Assembly (NCBI GenBank): GCA_029782295.1
Contig: JAKOVB010000168.1
Location: 169,250-233,249 of the forward strand
DNA length: 64,000 nucleotides
Direction: 5' to 3'
Source: Pseudomonadota bacterium
Lineage (GTDB): Bacteria; Pseudomonadota; Gammaproteobacteria; Burkholderiales; Methylophilaceae
Within the stretch, counting starts at the first letter, position 1, and each line of letters starts with the position of its first letter. This document shows positions 28,870 to 37,497 of the stretch, one piece after another. The notes below the pieces were generated by a model. It was given only the letters and a program-made list of their open reading frames with translations. It ran no database searches and had not been told where the DNA came from. A program made the translations under genes and the position numbers.

Positions 28870-29703
28870 ATGGCAACTTACGCAATCGGCGACCTTCAGG
28901 GGTGTTTCAGGACGTTCACCCATCTGCTGGAAACGATCGGATTCAACGTCGGTCGCGATCGTCTGTGGCTGGTCGGCGACCTGATCAACCGCGGCCCGGA
29001 CTCTCTGGCCGTGTTGCGTTGGGCGATGCAGCATGAAAAGTCACTGGAGGTTGTCCTTGGTAACCACGATTTGCATACGCTGGCGGTTGCCGAGGGGTTT
29101 GTCGAGGCGCACCGCAACGATACGCTGAAGCCGTTGCTGGACGCGCCGGATGCTCGCGCCTTGCTGGACTGGCTGCGTACCCGCCATATGGCCTATGCGG
29201 AAGATGACTATCTGATGGTACATGCCGGCGTGTTGCCGCAATGGAGTCCGGCCCAGGCGCTGGCCTGTGCCCGGGAGGTCGAGGCGGTGCTGCGCGGGGA
29301 TGGCTATCGGGAATTCCTGGCCCACATGTACGGCAATCAGCCCAATCACTGGTCGGATGACTTGCACGGCATGAGCCGTCTGCGCGTGATCACCAATGCC
29401 CTGACCCGCTTGCGGGTCTGTACACCCGAAGGGGGCATGGATTTCCGTTTCAAGGGCGAGTTGGCCGATATCCCGCCCGGGCTGATTCCCTGGTTCGATC
29501 TGCCCGGCAGGAAATCCGTGGACCGCACCCTGGTTTTTGGTCACTGGTCGGCGCTGGGGCTGCAGGTGCGTGACAACCTGATCGCGCTGGATACCGGTTG
29601 CCTCTGGGGCGGGGCGCTTACGGCGATACGTCTGGAGGATCGCCGTGTATTTCAGGTGCCTTGTGCTTCGGAAGATGCAATAAAGAAGATATGGCGTGTC
29701 TAG
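28870..29703 (+). CDS. apaH: Bis(5'-nucleosyl)-tetraphosphatase, symmetrical (ApaH)
   Basis: Start taken at MATYAIGDLQGCF. Metallophosphatase motifs GDLQGC, GDLINRGP, GNHD, GHW. About 277 aa. The track ORF begins 12 codons upstream. Confidence 0.9.
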   Translation: MATYAIGDLQGCFRTFTHLLETIGFNVGRDRLWLVGDLINRGPDSLAVLRWAMQHEKSLEVVLGNHDLHTLAVAEGFVEAHRNDTLKPLLDAPDARALLDWLRTRHMAYAEDDYLMVHAGVLPQWSPAQALACAREVEAVLRGDGYREFLAHMYGNQPNHWSDDLHGMSRLRVITNALTRLRVCTPEGGMDFRFKGELADIPPGLIPWFDLPGRKSVDRTLVFGHWSALGLQVRDNLIALDTGCLWGGALTAIRLEDRRVFQVPCASEDAIKKIWRV

Positions 29704-30319
29704 CCAGATGTGACAGATGTCTTCGTTCCTGACCGGTGGCGGGGATCGGGGGGGCGAAATGCAGTTCCACGACGACTTCCTGCTGGCTCAGCACGGCGGC
29801 CAGCGATTGCAGCAGGGTGGTTTCCCCTTCGTAGGCGACTGCAACGTTTGGCGAGCCGTCGGGATTCGGGTAACGGATGGCGACAGGCCGGACGGTGCCC
29901 CCGGCGTTGATGGCGGCTTGCATCAGCCCGGTCTTGAACGGCTTGAGCTCGGTGCCGTCGGTCGTGGTCCCCTCCGGGAACAGGCACAGGCATTTCCCAT
30001 CGCGTAACCCTTGTTCCATCCCGTTGGCCGTGCGGCCGGTATCATGACGCCGCGCACGTTCGATAAAAATCGTTCCCGTCTTTTCCGCAAGCCAACCGAT
30101 CAGCGGCCATTGCCGTACCTCTGACTTTGCCACGAAGTTGATGGGGTGCAACTGCTTGAGCGCCCAGATATCGATCCAGGAAATGTGGTTGGCGATGAAC
30201 AGTACGCCGGCGGTGCTCTGGGCTGGAACCTCGCCCGAGGCGATGACGCGGATGTTCAGGATGCGCAGGAATTTGCCGGACCACTCGCGGATGCGCACTT
30301 CACGCCGCTGCTCTGACAT
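29618..30319 (-). CDS. Lysophospholipid (1-acyl-glycerol-3-phosphate) acyltransferase family protein
   Basis: NHISWIDI (HX4D) and FPEGTT motifs. The first canonical start is ATG 30319, but the in-frame upstream sequence still looks like coding sequence (see findings). Confidence 0.8.
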   Translation of the reverse strand: MSEQRREVRIREWSGKFLRILNIRVIASGEVPAQSTAGVLFIANHISWIDIWALKQLHPINFVAKSEVRQWPLIGWLAEKTGTIFIERARRHDTGRTANGMEQGLRDGKCLCLFPEGTTTDGTELKPFKTGLMQAAINAGGTVRPVAIRYPNPDGSPNVAVAYEGETTLLQSLAAVLSQQEVVVELHFAPPIPATGQERRHLSHLARHAISSLLHLPKHKAPEIHGDPPDVSP

Positions 30320-30475
30320 GCCGGGCAGCAGGAAGATGGTCGTCGCCGTTCCAAGTGCGAGATGCAGCAGCAGGCGCGAAATGCGGAAGGCCCGGACAAG
30401 CGGGTGAGTGGGGGTGGAAATCGGTGTGGCTTTCGAGACTGGAGGGGGTGAGGGCTCATCCCCCTCCGGATTGGA

Positions 30476-30928
30476 TCAATGGGTGACGCGGGTCGTGCCT
30501 CCGCCTTCCAGGACGCGGACGCGATCACCAGGATGGAACTCTTCAGTGGCTTCCTGGACAATGGCGATCAGGCCGCCGTTATCGAGCTTGACCGTCAGTT
30601 CGACGCCATCCTTTTTGGTGATGTATTCCTCCGCTGCGGAGCCGGCCAGGCCGCCCGCGACGGCGCCTGCCACGGTCGTCAGGATCTTGCCCTTGCCGCC
30701 GCCCATGGTGCTGCCCGCTACGCCCCCCACTACTGCGCCGGTGGCGGTGCCGACAGGGCTCTTGGTGCCTTCGATCTTGACCAGTCGGACGCTTTCGATG
30801 ACGCCCATTTTGACGGTCTGTACCTGGCGAGTCTGCTCGCGAGTGTAGACGTCGCCTGACTTGCTTGATGCGCAGCCTGCCAGCAGGCCAAGCATGCTCA
30901 GTGCGATCAGGGTGTGGACTGTTTTCAT
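30476..30928 (-). CDS. Glycine-zipper outer-membrane lipoprotein (SlyB/Pcp-like)
   Basis: 150 aa. Lipobox LLAGC. Gly-zipper GTATGAVVGGVAGSTMGGGKG...VAGAVAGGLAGSAA. Confidence 0.8.
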   Translation of the reverse strand: MKTVHTLIALSMLGLLAGCASSKSGDVYTREQTRQVQTVKMGVIESVRLVKIEGTKSPVGTATGAVVGGVAGSTMGGGKGKILTTVAGAVAGGLAGSAAEEYITKKDGVELTVKLDNGGLIAIVQEATEEFHPGDRVRVLEGGGTTRVTH

Positions 30929-30940
30929 GCTGAATTCTCC

Positions 30941-31882
30941 TTAAGAGAGTGAAATTGCCGATCCGAATGCCTTGAGGTAGCGCGCCTCGATCTCCGCACG
31001 TGTCGGTTTGTGGTTCTGCCCGCCGCGGCTGGCGATCTTGATCGAACCCATGACCGAAGCCAGGCGGCCGGATTGTTCCCAGTCCCAGCCTTGCGCCATG
31101 CCGTACATCAACCCGGCACGGTAAGCGTCACCGCAACCTGTCGGGTCGAGGACGGCATCTGCTTCAACGCACGGGATCTCGATACGTTGACCCCGGGTGT
31201 GAATGACGGAGCCCTTGGCACCTTGCGTGACGATCAGTGCCTCCACCCGTTCCGCCAGTTTCTCGATGGTTAGACCAGTCTTTTCCTGGGTCAGTTGCGC
31301 TTCATAGTCGTTCAGCGCCATGAAATTCGCCTGTTCGATGAATTGCAGCAGCTCTTCACCGTTAAACATCGGCAGTCCCTGGCCCGGGTCGAACAGGAAG
31401 GGGATGCCGGCCTCGCTGAATTCACGCGCGTGCTGGAACATGCCATCTCTGCCATCAGGTGCGATGATGCCGAGCGTGATGCCCTGGGCATCCTTGACGG
31501 CGTTTTCGTGCGAGAAATTCATCGCGCCAGGGTGAAAGGCGGTGATCTGGTTATCATCCAGGTCGGTGGTGATGAAGGCCTGGGCGGTGAAGCTTCCCGG
31601 GATGCGGCGGATGTGGGACATGTCCAGACCGTTGTCCTGCAGCCAGGTGGCATAAGAGATAAAGTCATCACCGACCGTGGCCATGATCTTCGGCTTGCCG
31701 CCTAGCAGGTTGAGGTTGTAGGCGATATTGCCGGCGGTGCCGCCGAACTCGCGGCGCATTTCCGGAACCAGAAACGCAACATTCAGGATATGGATCTTTT
31801 CAGGCAGGATGTGGTGCTTGAAGTGATCCTGGAACACCATGATGGTGTCATAGGCCATGGAACCGCAAATCAGGGTATGCAT
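30941..31882 (-). CDS. PfkB-family carbohydrate/nucleoside kinase (adenosine-kinase-like)
   Basis: 313 aa. GGTAGNIAYNL, and DPTGCGDAYRAG, the second PfkB signature. Confidence 0.85.
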   Translation of the reverse strand: MHTLICGSMAYDTIMVFQDHFKHHILPEKIHILNVAFLVPEMRREFGGTAGNIAYNLNLLGGKPKIMATVGDDFISYATWLQDNGLDMSHIRRIPGSFTAQAFITTDLDDNQITAFHPGAMNFSHENAVKDAQGITLGIIAPDGRDGMFQHAREFSEAGIPFLFDPGQGLPMFNGEELLQFIEQANFMALNDYEAQLTQEKTGLTIEKLAERVEALIVTQGAKGSVIHTRGQRIEIPCVEADAVLDPTGCGDAYRAGLMYGMAQGWDWEQSGRLASVMGSIKIASRGGQNHKPTRAEIEARYLKAFGSAISLS

Positions 31883-31908
31883 AGGAGTTGAATAATAAAG
31901 TTGAAATG

Positions 31909-32319
31909 TTAAAAAGGTTTTACGACGACCAGGATGACTGCTGCAAACAGCAGCATGACCGGGATTTCATTGAACCAGCGATACCATACGTGATTGCGCC
32001 GGTTCCGGCCAAGCTTGAAATCGTTGAGTAGTTTGCCGCAATACAGGTGGTAGCCGATCAGCAGGAGTACCAGCAGGAGTTTTGCATGCAGCCAGCCACC
32101 ATGGAAGCCATAGCCCAGCCATAGCCAGAGCCCGAAGGCGAGCGCCAGCACGGCGAGCGGGGTCATGAAACGGTAAAGCTTGTGTTCCATCAGGGCCAGC
32201 CGTTCGGCCGTGGCCGCGTCATCGACCATCGCATGGTTGACGAACAGTCGCGGCAGGTAGAACAGGCCGGCGAACCAGCTGGTCACGAAAATGATATGGA
32301 GCGCCTTGAGCCAGAGCAC
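31909..32319 (-). CDS. hemJ: Protoporphyrinogen IX oxidase HemJ (UPF0093/CopD-like)
   Basis: 136 aa. MLWLKALHIIFVTSWFAGLFYLPRLFV and 4 TM helices, the typical HemJ N-terminus. Confidence 0.85.
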   Translation of the reverse strand: MLWLKALHIIFVTSWFAGLFYLPRLFVNHAMVDDAATAERLALMEHKLYRFMTPLAVLALAFGLWLWLGYGFHGGWLHAKLLLVLLLIGYHLYCGKLLNDFKLGRNRRNHVWYRWFNEIPVMLLFAAVILVVVKPF

Positions 32320-32323
32320 AGTG

Positions 32324-32854
32324 TTAATTGCCTTGCTTCAGGTGATCCACGTGCTCGCCCATCTCCATGCGGTAGGTGTAGTAACTCATATCCGGATAAG
32401 GAGCTCCTACCGCACTCGCCGCCGCGGAAATGCGACCACGCTCGATGGCACCATAGGTGAAGATGTGGGTCAGCGCGTCACGTACCCAGACGCCATGCTC
32501 TTCGTGATTGAGCGTGCGCCGGTAACTGATGCGCGAATCGAAGAATGTTTCAGGCTGGCCTTCCAGCCAATGTTGCATTGCGCGGATTTCCTGGCGGATG
32601 TTGGATTTGACGTCTTTCCAATCCGAATGTTGTCTGGCTGCGTAGGTTTCCGTAAATGCATTGCCTTGCAGACGGGCCAGCCACTTGCGATAAAAGAAAG
32701 CCAGATGGTCCACGTTATTGTGGATGCTGCCGTAATACAGCGTTTTGGTATCGGTGCGGGTGGCATCGTCCAGCCGGTCCAGTGCGTTGAAAAGCACGTC
32801 GTTGGCCCAATGCTGATAGTCCGCCTGATAGATGAAGTATTGTTTGAAATCCAT
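32324..32854 (-). CDS. DinB-family (four-helix bundle, metal-binding) protein
   Basis: 176 aa. YQHWANDVLFNALDRL..., HNNVDHLAFF, and His triad spacing like DinB/YfiT. Confidence 0.7.
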   Translation of the reverse strand: MDFKQYFIYQADYQHWANDVLFNALDRLDDATRTDTKTLYYGSIHNNVDHLAFFYRKWLARLQGNAFTETYAARQHSDWKDVKSNIRQEIRAMQHWLEGQPETFFDSRISYRRTLNHEEHGVWVRDALTHIFTYGAIERGRISAAASAVGAPYPDMSYYTYRMEMGEHVDHLKQGN

Positions 32855-33402
32855 TACCCAGCCCTCCCCAGTTCTCGATCCAAGAGTTGATGCAGCGTCG
32901 TGAAGTTCAATTCGCCGACCACGGTTCCGGCAATATTACCCTGTTTGTCGATCAGGATTGTGGTTGGCGTCAGTTTGATGTCGTTGTAGGCCTTGGCAAT
33001 TTTGCCTTGGGTGTCGATTATGACCGGAAACGGGAGTGCGTTTTTTCTGGAAAACAGGCTGACTTGCTCCGGTGGATCATCAGCCATGGCGACGGCGATG
33101 ATTTCGAATCCCTGGCTGTGGTAACGCTTGTAAGTCTCGACCAGTTTAGGCATTTCTGCGACACAGCCCGGACAGGTCGTGGCCCAGAAATTGATGGCGA
33201 CGAACTTGCCCCTGAATTGCTCCAGCCTGATTTCCTCGCCGGAGATTGACGTGAAGGTGACATCCGGTGCGTGGTTGCGATGCGTCAGCGCGAAACCCAG
33301 TGCGGCCAGCAGCAGTACTACAAATGCCGGCAGGGTGAATTTTTTCAGCATGTCGAAAGGATCGTCAGAGATTAAGACGTTATTTTCGTGCCTTTCTTCC
33401 AC
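32854..33402 (-). CDS. TlpA/ResA-like membrane-anchored thiol:disulfide oxidoreductase
   Basis: 182 aa. N-terminal TM, thioredoxin fold with WATTCPGC active site. Confidence 0.85.
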   Translation of the reverse strand: MEERHENNVLISDDPFDMLKKFTLPAFVVLLLAALGFALTHRNHAPDVTFTSISGEEIRLEQFRGKFVAINFWATTCPGCVAEMPKLVETYKRYHSQGFEIIAVAMADDPPEQVSLFSRKNALPFPVIIDTQGKIAKAYNDIKLTPTTILIDKQGNIAGTVVGELNFTTLHQLLDRELGRAG

Positions 33403-33517
33403 TTTGTCATCCCGGGCCGGATCAGGTTGCTCGGCAGCCGCTTTGAGAACTCGCCTGGCGGTGTCATGAAAGCATGAGCAGGTGGGTTCCTGGCGTCGGG
33501 GATAGATCCATTCGATC

Positions 33518-34093
33518 TTAGTGGGGCTGAGTGAAGCGGAAGGTTGAAATCAATCGGTCGAATATCTTTTTCGATCCGGTATTCCTGGAATCTGAATAAA
33601 AATACATCAAAAAGGCAAATTTCCCATCCGATAGGCAATAACGGCTTGTTCTCCACGGATGGTGACCATCATCCTCAAGCGATAAGGTTTCGATCTTCTT
33701 TCCGATTAATTTTTCAATTTTGATGGGGCGGATGACAGGTTTGTCTGATGGGTCGATTACCAGGTGGTCAAAGCACTCCTGATGCTCTTTGAGTTTGACT
33801 ATCCCGAGACCCGGCAATAGTTCAGCAACCTTGTGACCATTGGGCAGGTAAAAAACGCTGTATCCATCGAATACCCAGCCAGCAGGGTATTCGAAAGTGA
33901 AGGGTGGAAATGCCTCTGCGCTCTCGGAATAGTACTCCCAATCCTTGGTGGCCCATGCAACCTTTCGCACCCTAAGCCCGTCATCATCCGACTTGAAGGT
34001 TCTCAGGCTTTTCCGAATGGGTTCTGCCTGGAGTGGCGCCGTTGCTGATGCGATGAAACAGCTAACGGCAAGCAGCAGCGATTTACTTGTCAT
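33518..34093 (-). CDS. Hypothetical secreted protein
   Basis: Start taken at MTSKSLLLAVSCFIASATAPLQA (signal peptide). I recognise no family. Lies in a visibly AT-richer stretch. Confidence 0.5.
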   Translation of the reverse strand: MTSKSLLLAVSCFIASATAPLQAEPIRKSLRTFKSDDDGLRVRKVAWATKDWEYYSESAEAFPPFTFEYPAGWVFDGYSVFYLPNGHKVAELLPGLGIVKLKEHQECFDHLVIDPSDKPVIRPIKIEKLIGKKIETLSLEDDGHHPWRTSRYCLSDGKFAFLMYFYSDSRNTGSKKIFDRLISTFRFTQPH

Positions 34094-34195
34094 CCTGTCA
34101 GGCCCCGACTGGATAGGATAGGTTATATCGGCAACCGGCATCTTGTCATGTCGGTTGCCATAGATAACACCTTCGCAGTTTGAGATGCACCCTGC

Positions 34196-35122
34196 CTAAT
34201 AAAATGTGCCGATCATTTCGATCGCGACGCGCTGGTTGAAAGCCTTGCCCTGACGGGTGCTGGCCGGGGCGATGAAGTCTCCCGCGGGCAGGGAGGCAAT
34301 CTGGATGCGGTGTGCGGAAACCCCGCGCGAAACCAGATAGTCCCTGGTGTTGGTGGCCCGTTCCAGCGCGATACGGGGATCGTTGACCCCGGCAATGACG
34401 GAACTGGTCCGGCCGTAAACATTGATCCGTTCTGCCGTTCGGGCGGCAGGCAGCAACGCTTCCAGGACTTCGTCATCGGCCCTGAATTTGGTGCCCTATT
34501 TGGGGAAATTCACATGGATGATGGCGATGCCACGATGCATTTTCTCCTCGATCCCATTCAGCCGGCTATTCAGCGATGCCAATGTTTCACCGCTGATTTT
34601 TTCGTTGTTCCTGGCTTGCTGGTAAATCGTGCGCAACTCGGCAATCTGCCGCTTCATCAGGATAAAGACCGGTTTTTGTTCGTGTGCTCGAAGATCGACA
34701 TGTTCCTGGACAGGCTGGTTGTCCAGGGTGACTGGCTGGGCAAGGGTGAGCGTTTCGGCCGGAGCTTCTTCCGCCTTCATTGGCGGCAGTCGTTCAGCCT
34801 CGGGTTCCGTCAGGTAAAACTCGACGGTGCGCAGGCCGGTTGATACGGTGAAGTTCCCCAATACCCGATCCATACGGTAATAGCGCCCTTCCTTGGTGTA
34901 TGGCACCGTTTCGCCCTTTTCATCTTTGACGCTCAGGCTGAAGGGGGAGGAGTCGAATTCGATGATGGTCCGGTTTCCGTAGACGTACGGACGGAATCCC
35001 TTCACCTCGCTGGTGGCTTCGTAATCCCGGCTGACTTTGTAATTTCTGCCGTCAGCGCTGGGGGCGTGAGAGCACGCGCCTAAAAATAGTGTGCCGATCA
35101 TGACTGCTGCCCGTAAGTTCAT
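34196..35122 (-). pseudogene. OmpA-C-like lipoprotein gene interrupted by an in-frame TAG (34498-34496)
   Basis: Track ORFs 34496..35122 and 34196..34456 share a frame. The read-through junction is ...GIAIIHVNFPK-*-GTKFRADDEVLEALLPAARTAERINVYGRTSS...RALERATNTRDYLVSRGV, one continuous OmpA/MotB C-terminal domain. N-terminal lipobox FLGAC. Confidence 0.7.
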
Positions 35123-35157
35123 GATTCCTCCTGCGGGCTGCAGGCTCAGCGGCCGTT

Positions 35158-35487
35158 TCAGCCCGTCTTGGCGTAGTGGTTGTAAAAGGCCGTATAGCAG
35201 GCGGAAGTCAGGGAGATGTTGTTCTTCTTGGCGATCTCGACAATGCAGTCGTAGATGTCCTTGTCCATCCAGAATCTCAGCGTGCTGGCATCCTCGCTCT
35301 TGTAAGAGGCCAGGTATACCGCCTGATTGGCCGAAGGCAGAAATGCCACGATGATCGAGCGGTAAAGATCCTTTTTCGACAGTCCCCGTTCCTCAGCCTC
35401 CTTGCTGATCTGCGACAGCATGCCCGGAGGCACCCTGAGCGCGAACAGTTTCATTTGGTTGGTTTGATACCAGCTTTCCTTGGCCAT
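35158..35487 (-). CDS. Hypothetical protein with two ribbon-helix-helix-like repeats
   Basis: 109 aa. KLFALRVPPGMLSQISKEAEERGLSKKDLYRSIIVAF and TLRFWMDKDIYDCIVEIAKKNNISLTSACYTAFYNHY both fit a beta-alpha-alpha RHH pattern. The assignment is by pattern only. Confidence 0.45.
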   Translation of the reverse strand: MAKESWYQTNQMKLFALRVPPGMLSQISKEAEERGLSKKDLYRSIIVAFLPSANQAVYLASYKSEDASTLRFWMDKDIYDCIVEIAKKNNISLTSACYTAFYNHYAKTG

Positions 35488-36053
35488 TTTAATGAATCTG
35501 AAGTCAGATTCCCTTGAAATTGTATAAGGAAATTATATACCGCTGCAAATACTTTCAGGATGTTTGTCGCAGCGAAGCCGGCGTGACTTGCAAGGCAGCT
35601 GTTGCATGGCTTTCGGCAGGGCATTACGGGGGCTGTTTTGCAAGATGAGTCTCCATGACGAGCCATTGCGCAGGTTCCGGAAGGTCGGGTGCTGGCCAAT
35701 AAAAACACCCAGTATTCGGAAAAATGATGCCAATAAACAGGATTCAGGCATCCTGATAAACTGCTCAACTAATTGATTATATGTTGAAATCGACGTTACT
35801 GGGATAGCCGCAGAAGAAATATGAATCTAATGACGCAAAAGTTATTGACCTGCTCATCCGCCAGTGCTTCAATAGTAACTGTACGGTGAGGTATTTGTGT
35901 GAGCGGTATTGAATTCACCGTGGTTGATTGCAGGTGATCTGGACCTTTGACGACCCGGGACGGCGTCGATGAGGTGTGGGGGGCCGGGGTCAGCATGGGT
36001 TTCTAGCTTGCGCTTCTGGCCAGGCAGCGATGCCCGGGTGTCGCGGCTTTGTG

Positions 36054-36090
36054 AAAAAAGAAACCCACGCATGCGTGGGTTTCTTTTTTG
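36054..36090. terminator. Bidirectional hairpin terminator flanking tRNA-Ser
   Basis: AAAAAA-GAAACCCACGC-AT-GCGTGGGTTTC-TTTTTT perfect palindrome, 4 nt from the tRNA 3' end. Confidence 0.55.
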
Positions 36091-36093
36091 TTT

Positions 36094-36187
36094 TGGCGGA
36101 GAGCGAGGGATTCGAACCCTCGATACAGGATTAAGCCCGTATGCTTCCTTAGCAGGGAAGTGCCTTCGACCACTCGGCCAGCTCTCC
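36094..36187 (-). tRNA. tRNA-Ser (anticodon GCU)
   Basis: Minus strand reads GGAGAGCTGGCCGAGTGGTCGAAGGCACTTCCCTGCTAAGGAAGCATACGGGCTTAATCCTGTATCGAGGGTTCGAATCCCTCGCTCTCCGCCA. Anticodon loop CUGCUAA, long variable arm, acceptor stem GGAGAGC/GCTCTCC. Confidence 0.92.
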
Positions 36188-36246
36188 GAAGGGTGGCAAG
36201 AATACCCGTTTAACCGAAAAAAATCAAACGGGGATTCAATTTAGCA

Positions 36247-37470
36247 TCAAGCGTTTTCCAGGCCGAAGGCCTTGTGCAGGACGCGGACCGCCAGTTCCAG
36301 ATATTTCTCGTCGACCACGACGGAAATCTTGATTTCGGAAGTGGAAATCATCTGGATGTTGATGCCTTCTTCGGCAAGGGTGCGGAACATCTGGCTGGCG
36401 ATGCCGACATGGGATTTCATGCCGACACCGACGATGGCGACTTTAGCGATCTTGTCGTCACCGATGATTTCGCGGGCACCGATATGCGCCTGGACTTCCT
36501 TGAGGATGCCCATGGCCTTGTTCAGTTCATTCTTGTGAACGGTGAAGGTGAAGTCGGTGGTGCCGTCGGCGCCGACGTTCTGGATGATCATGTCGACATC
36601 GACATTTGCATCAGCGATGGGTCCCAGGATCTGGTAAGCGATGCCGGGACGGTCGGGGACCCCCAGAACGGTAATCTTGGCTTCGTCGCGGTTGAAAGCG
36701 ATGCCGGAAATGATGGGTTGTTCCATGTTGTCTTCTTCCTCAAACGTAATCAGAGTGCCGTCGCCTTCTTCCTCGAAGCTGGAGAGCACGCGCAATTTGA
36801 CCTTGTACTTGCCGGCGAATTCGACCGAGCGGATTTGCAGTACCTTGGAGCCCTGGCTGGCCAGTTCCAGCATTTCCTCGAAGGTGATGGACTTCAGGCG
36901 ACGCGCTTCCGGCACGACGCGCGGATCGGTGGTGTAGACCCCGTCCACATCGGTGTAGATCTGGCATTCATCTGCCTTGAGCGCGGCGGCGAGCGCCACG
37001 CCGGTGGTGTCGGATCCGCCACGGCCCAGGGTGGTGATGTTGCCGTTTTCATCCACGCCCTGGAAGCCGGCGACCACGACCACGTAGCCAGCGTCGAGAT
37101 CGGCGCGAATGTTCGCTTCGTCAATGCTCAGGATGCGGGCCTTGGTGTGTGCGTCATCGGTCAGGATGCGGACTTGTGCACCGGTGTAGCTCTTGGCGCG
37201 GACGCCGAGGTCCATCAGCGCCATCGCAGTGAGGGCGATGGTGACCTGTTCGCCGGTGGAGACCATCTGGTCCAGTTCGCGAGGATCCGGTTCCGGCATG
37301 ATTTCCTTGGCCAGGCCAATCAGGCGGTTGGTTTCGCCGGACATGGCAGAAACAACCACCACGACTTGATGCCCCAGCGCCTTGTAGCGTGCCACCCGGC
37401 GAGCGACGTTGCGGATACGCTCAGGGGAGCCGACGGACGTGCCGCCGTATTTCTGTACGATCAGTGCCAT
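36247..37470 (-). CDS. lysC: Aspartate kinase
   Basis: 407 aa. MALIVQKYGGTSVG, GRGGSDTT, two C-terminal ACT domains. Confidence 0.95.
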   Translation of the reverse strand: MALIVQKYGGTSVGSPERIRNVARRVARYKALGHQVVVVVSAMSGETNRLIGLAKEIMPEPDPRELDQMVSTGEQVTIALTAMALMDLGVRAKSYTGAQVRILTDDAHTKARILSIDEANIRADLDAGYVVVVAGFQGVDENGNITTLGRGGSDTTGVALAAALKADECQIYTDVDGVYTTDPRVVPEARRLKSITFEEMLELASQGSKVLQIRSVEFAGKYKVKLRVLSSFEEEGDGTLITFEEEDNMEQPIISGIAFNRDEAKITVLGVPDRPGIAYQILGPIADANVDVDMIIQNVGADGTTDFTFTVHKNELNKAMGILKEVQAHIGAREIIGDDKIAKVAIVGVGMKSHVGIASQMFRTLAEEGINIQMISTSEIKISVVVDEKYLELAVRVLHKAFGLENA

Positions 37471-37497
37471 TTTGAGTTATCAGTTACATGAAAATAG

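Noticed and set aside
30476-30478. TGA ending the slyB-like gene, in frame with the plsC-like gene: possible selenocysteine read-through fusing the two.
   Set aside because: I could not draw a SECIS-like hairpin downstream. A periplasmic lipoprotein fused to a cytoplasmic-face acyltransferase makes no topological sense. The shared frame has a 1-in-3 chance of occurring. It is kept only as a start-codon puzzle for the acyltransferase.
34496-34498. In-frame TAG as a pyrrolysine codon.
   Set aside because: No pyl genes are present in the window, Pyl usage is not known to me in Betaproteobacteria, and OmpA-like proteins are not known Pyl proteins. A nonsense mutation or sequence error is far more likely.
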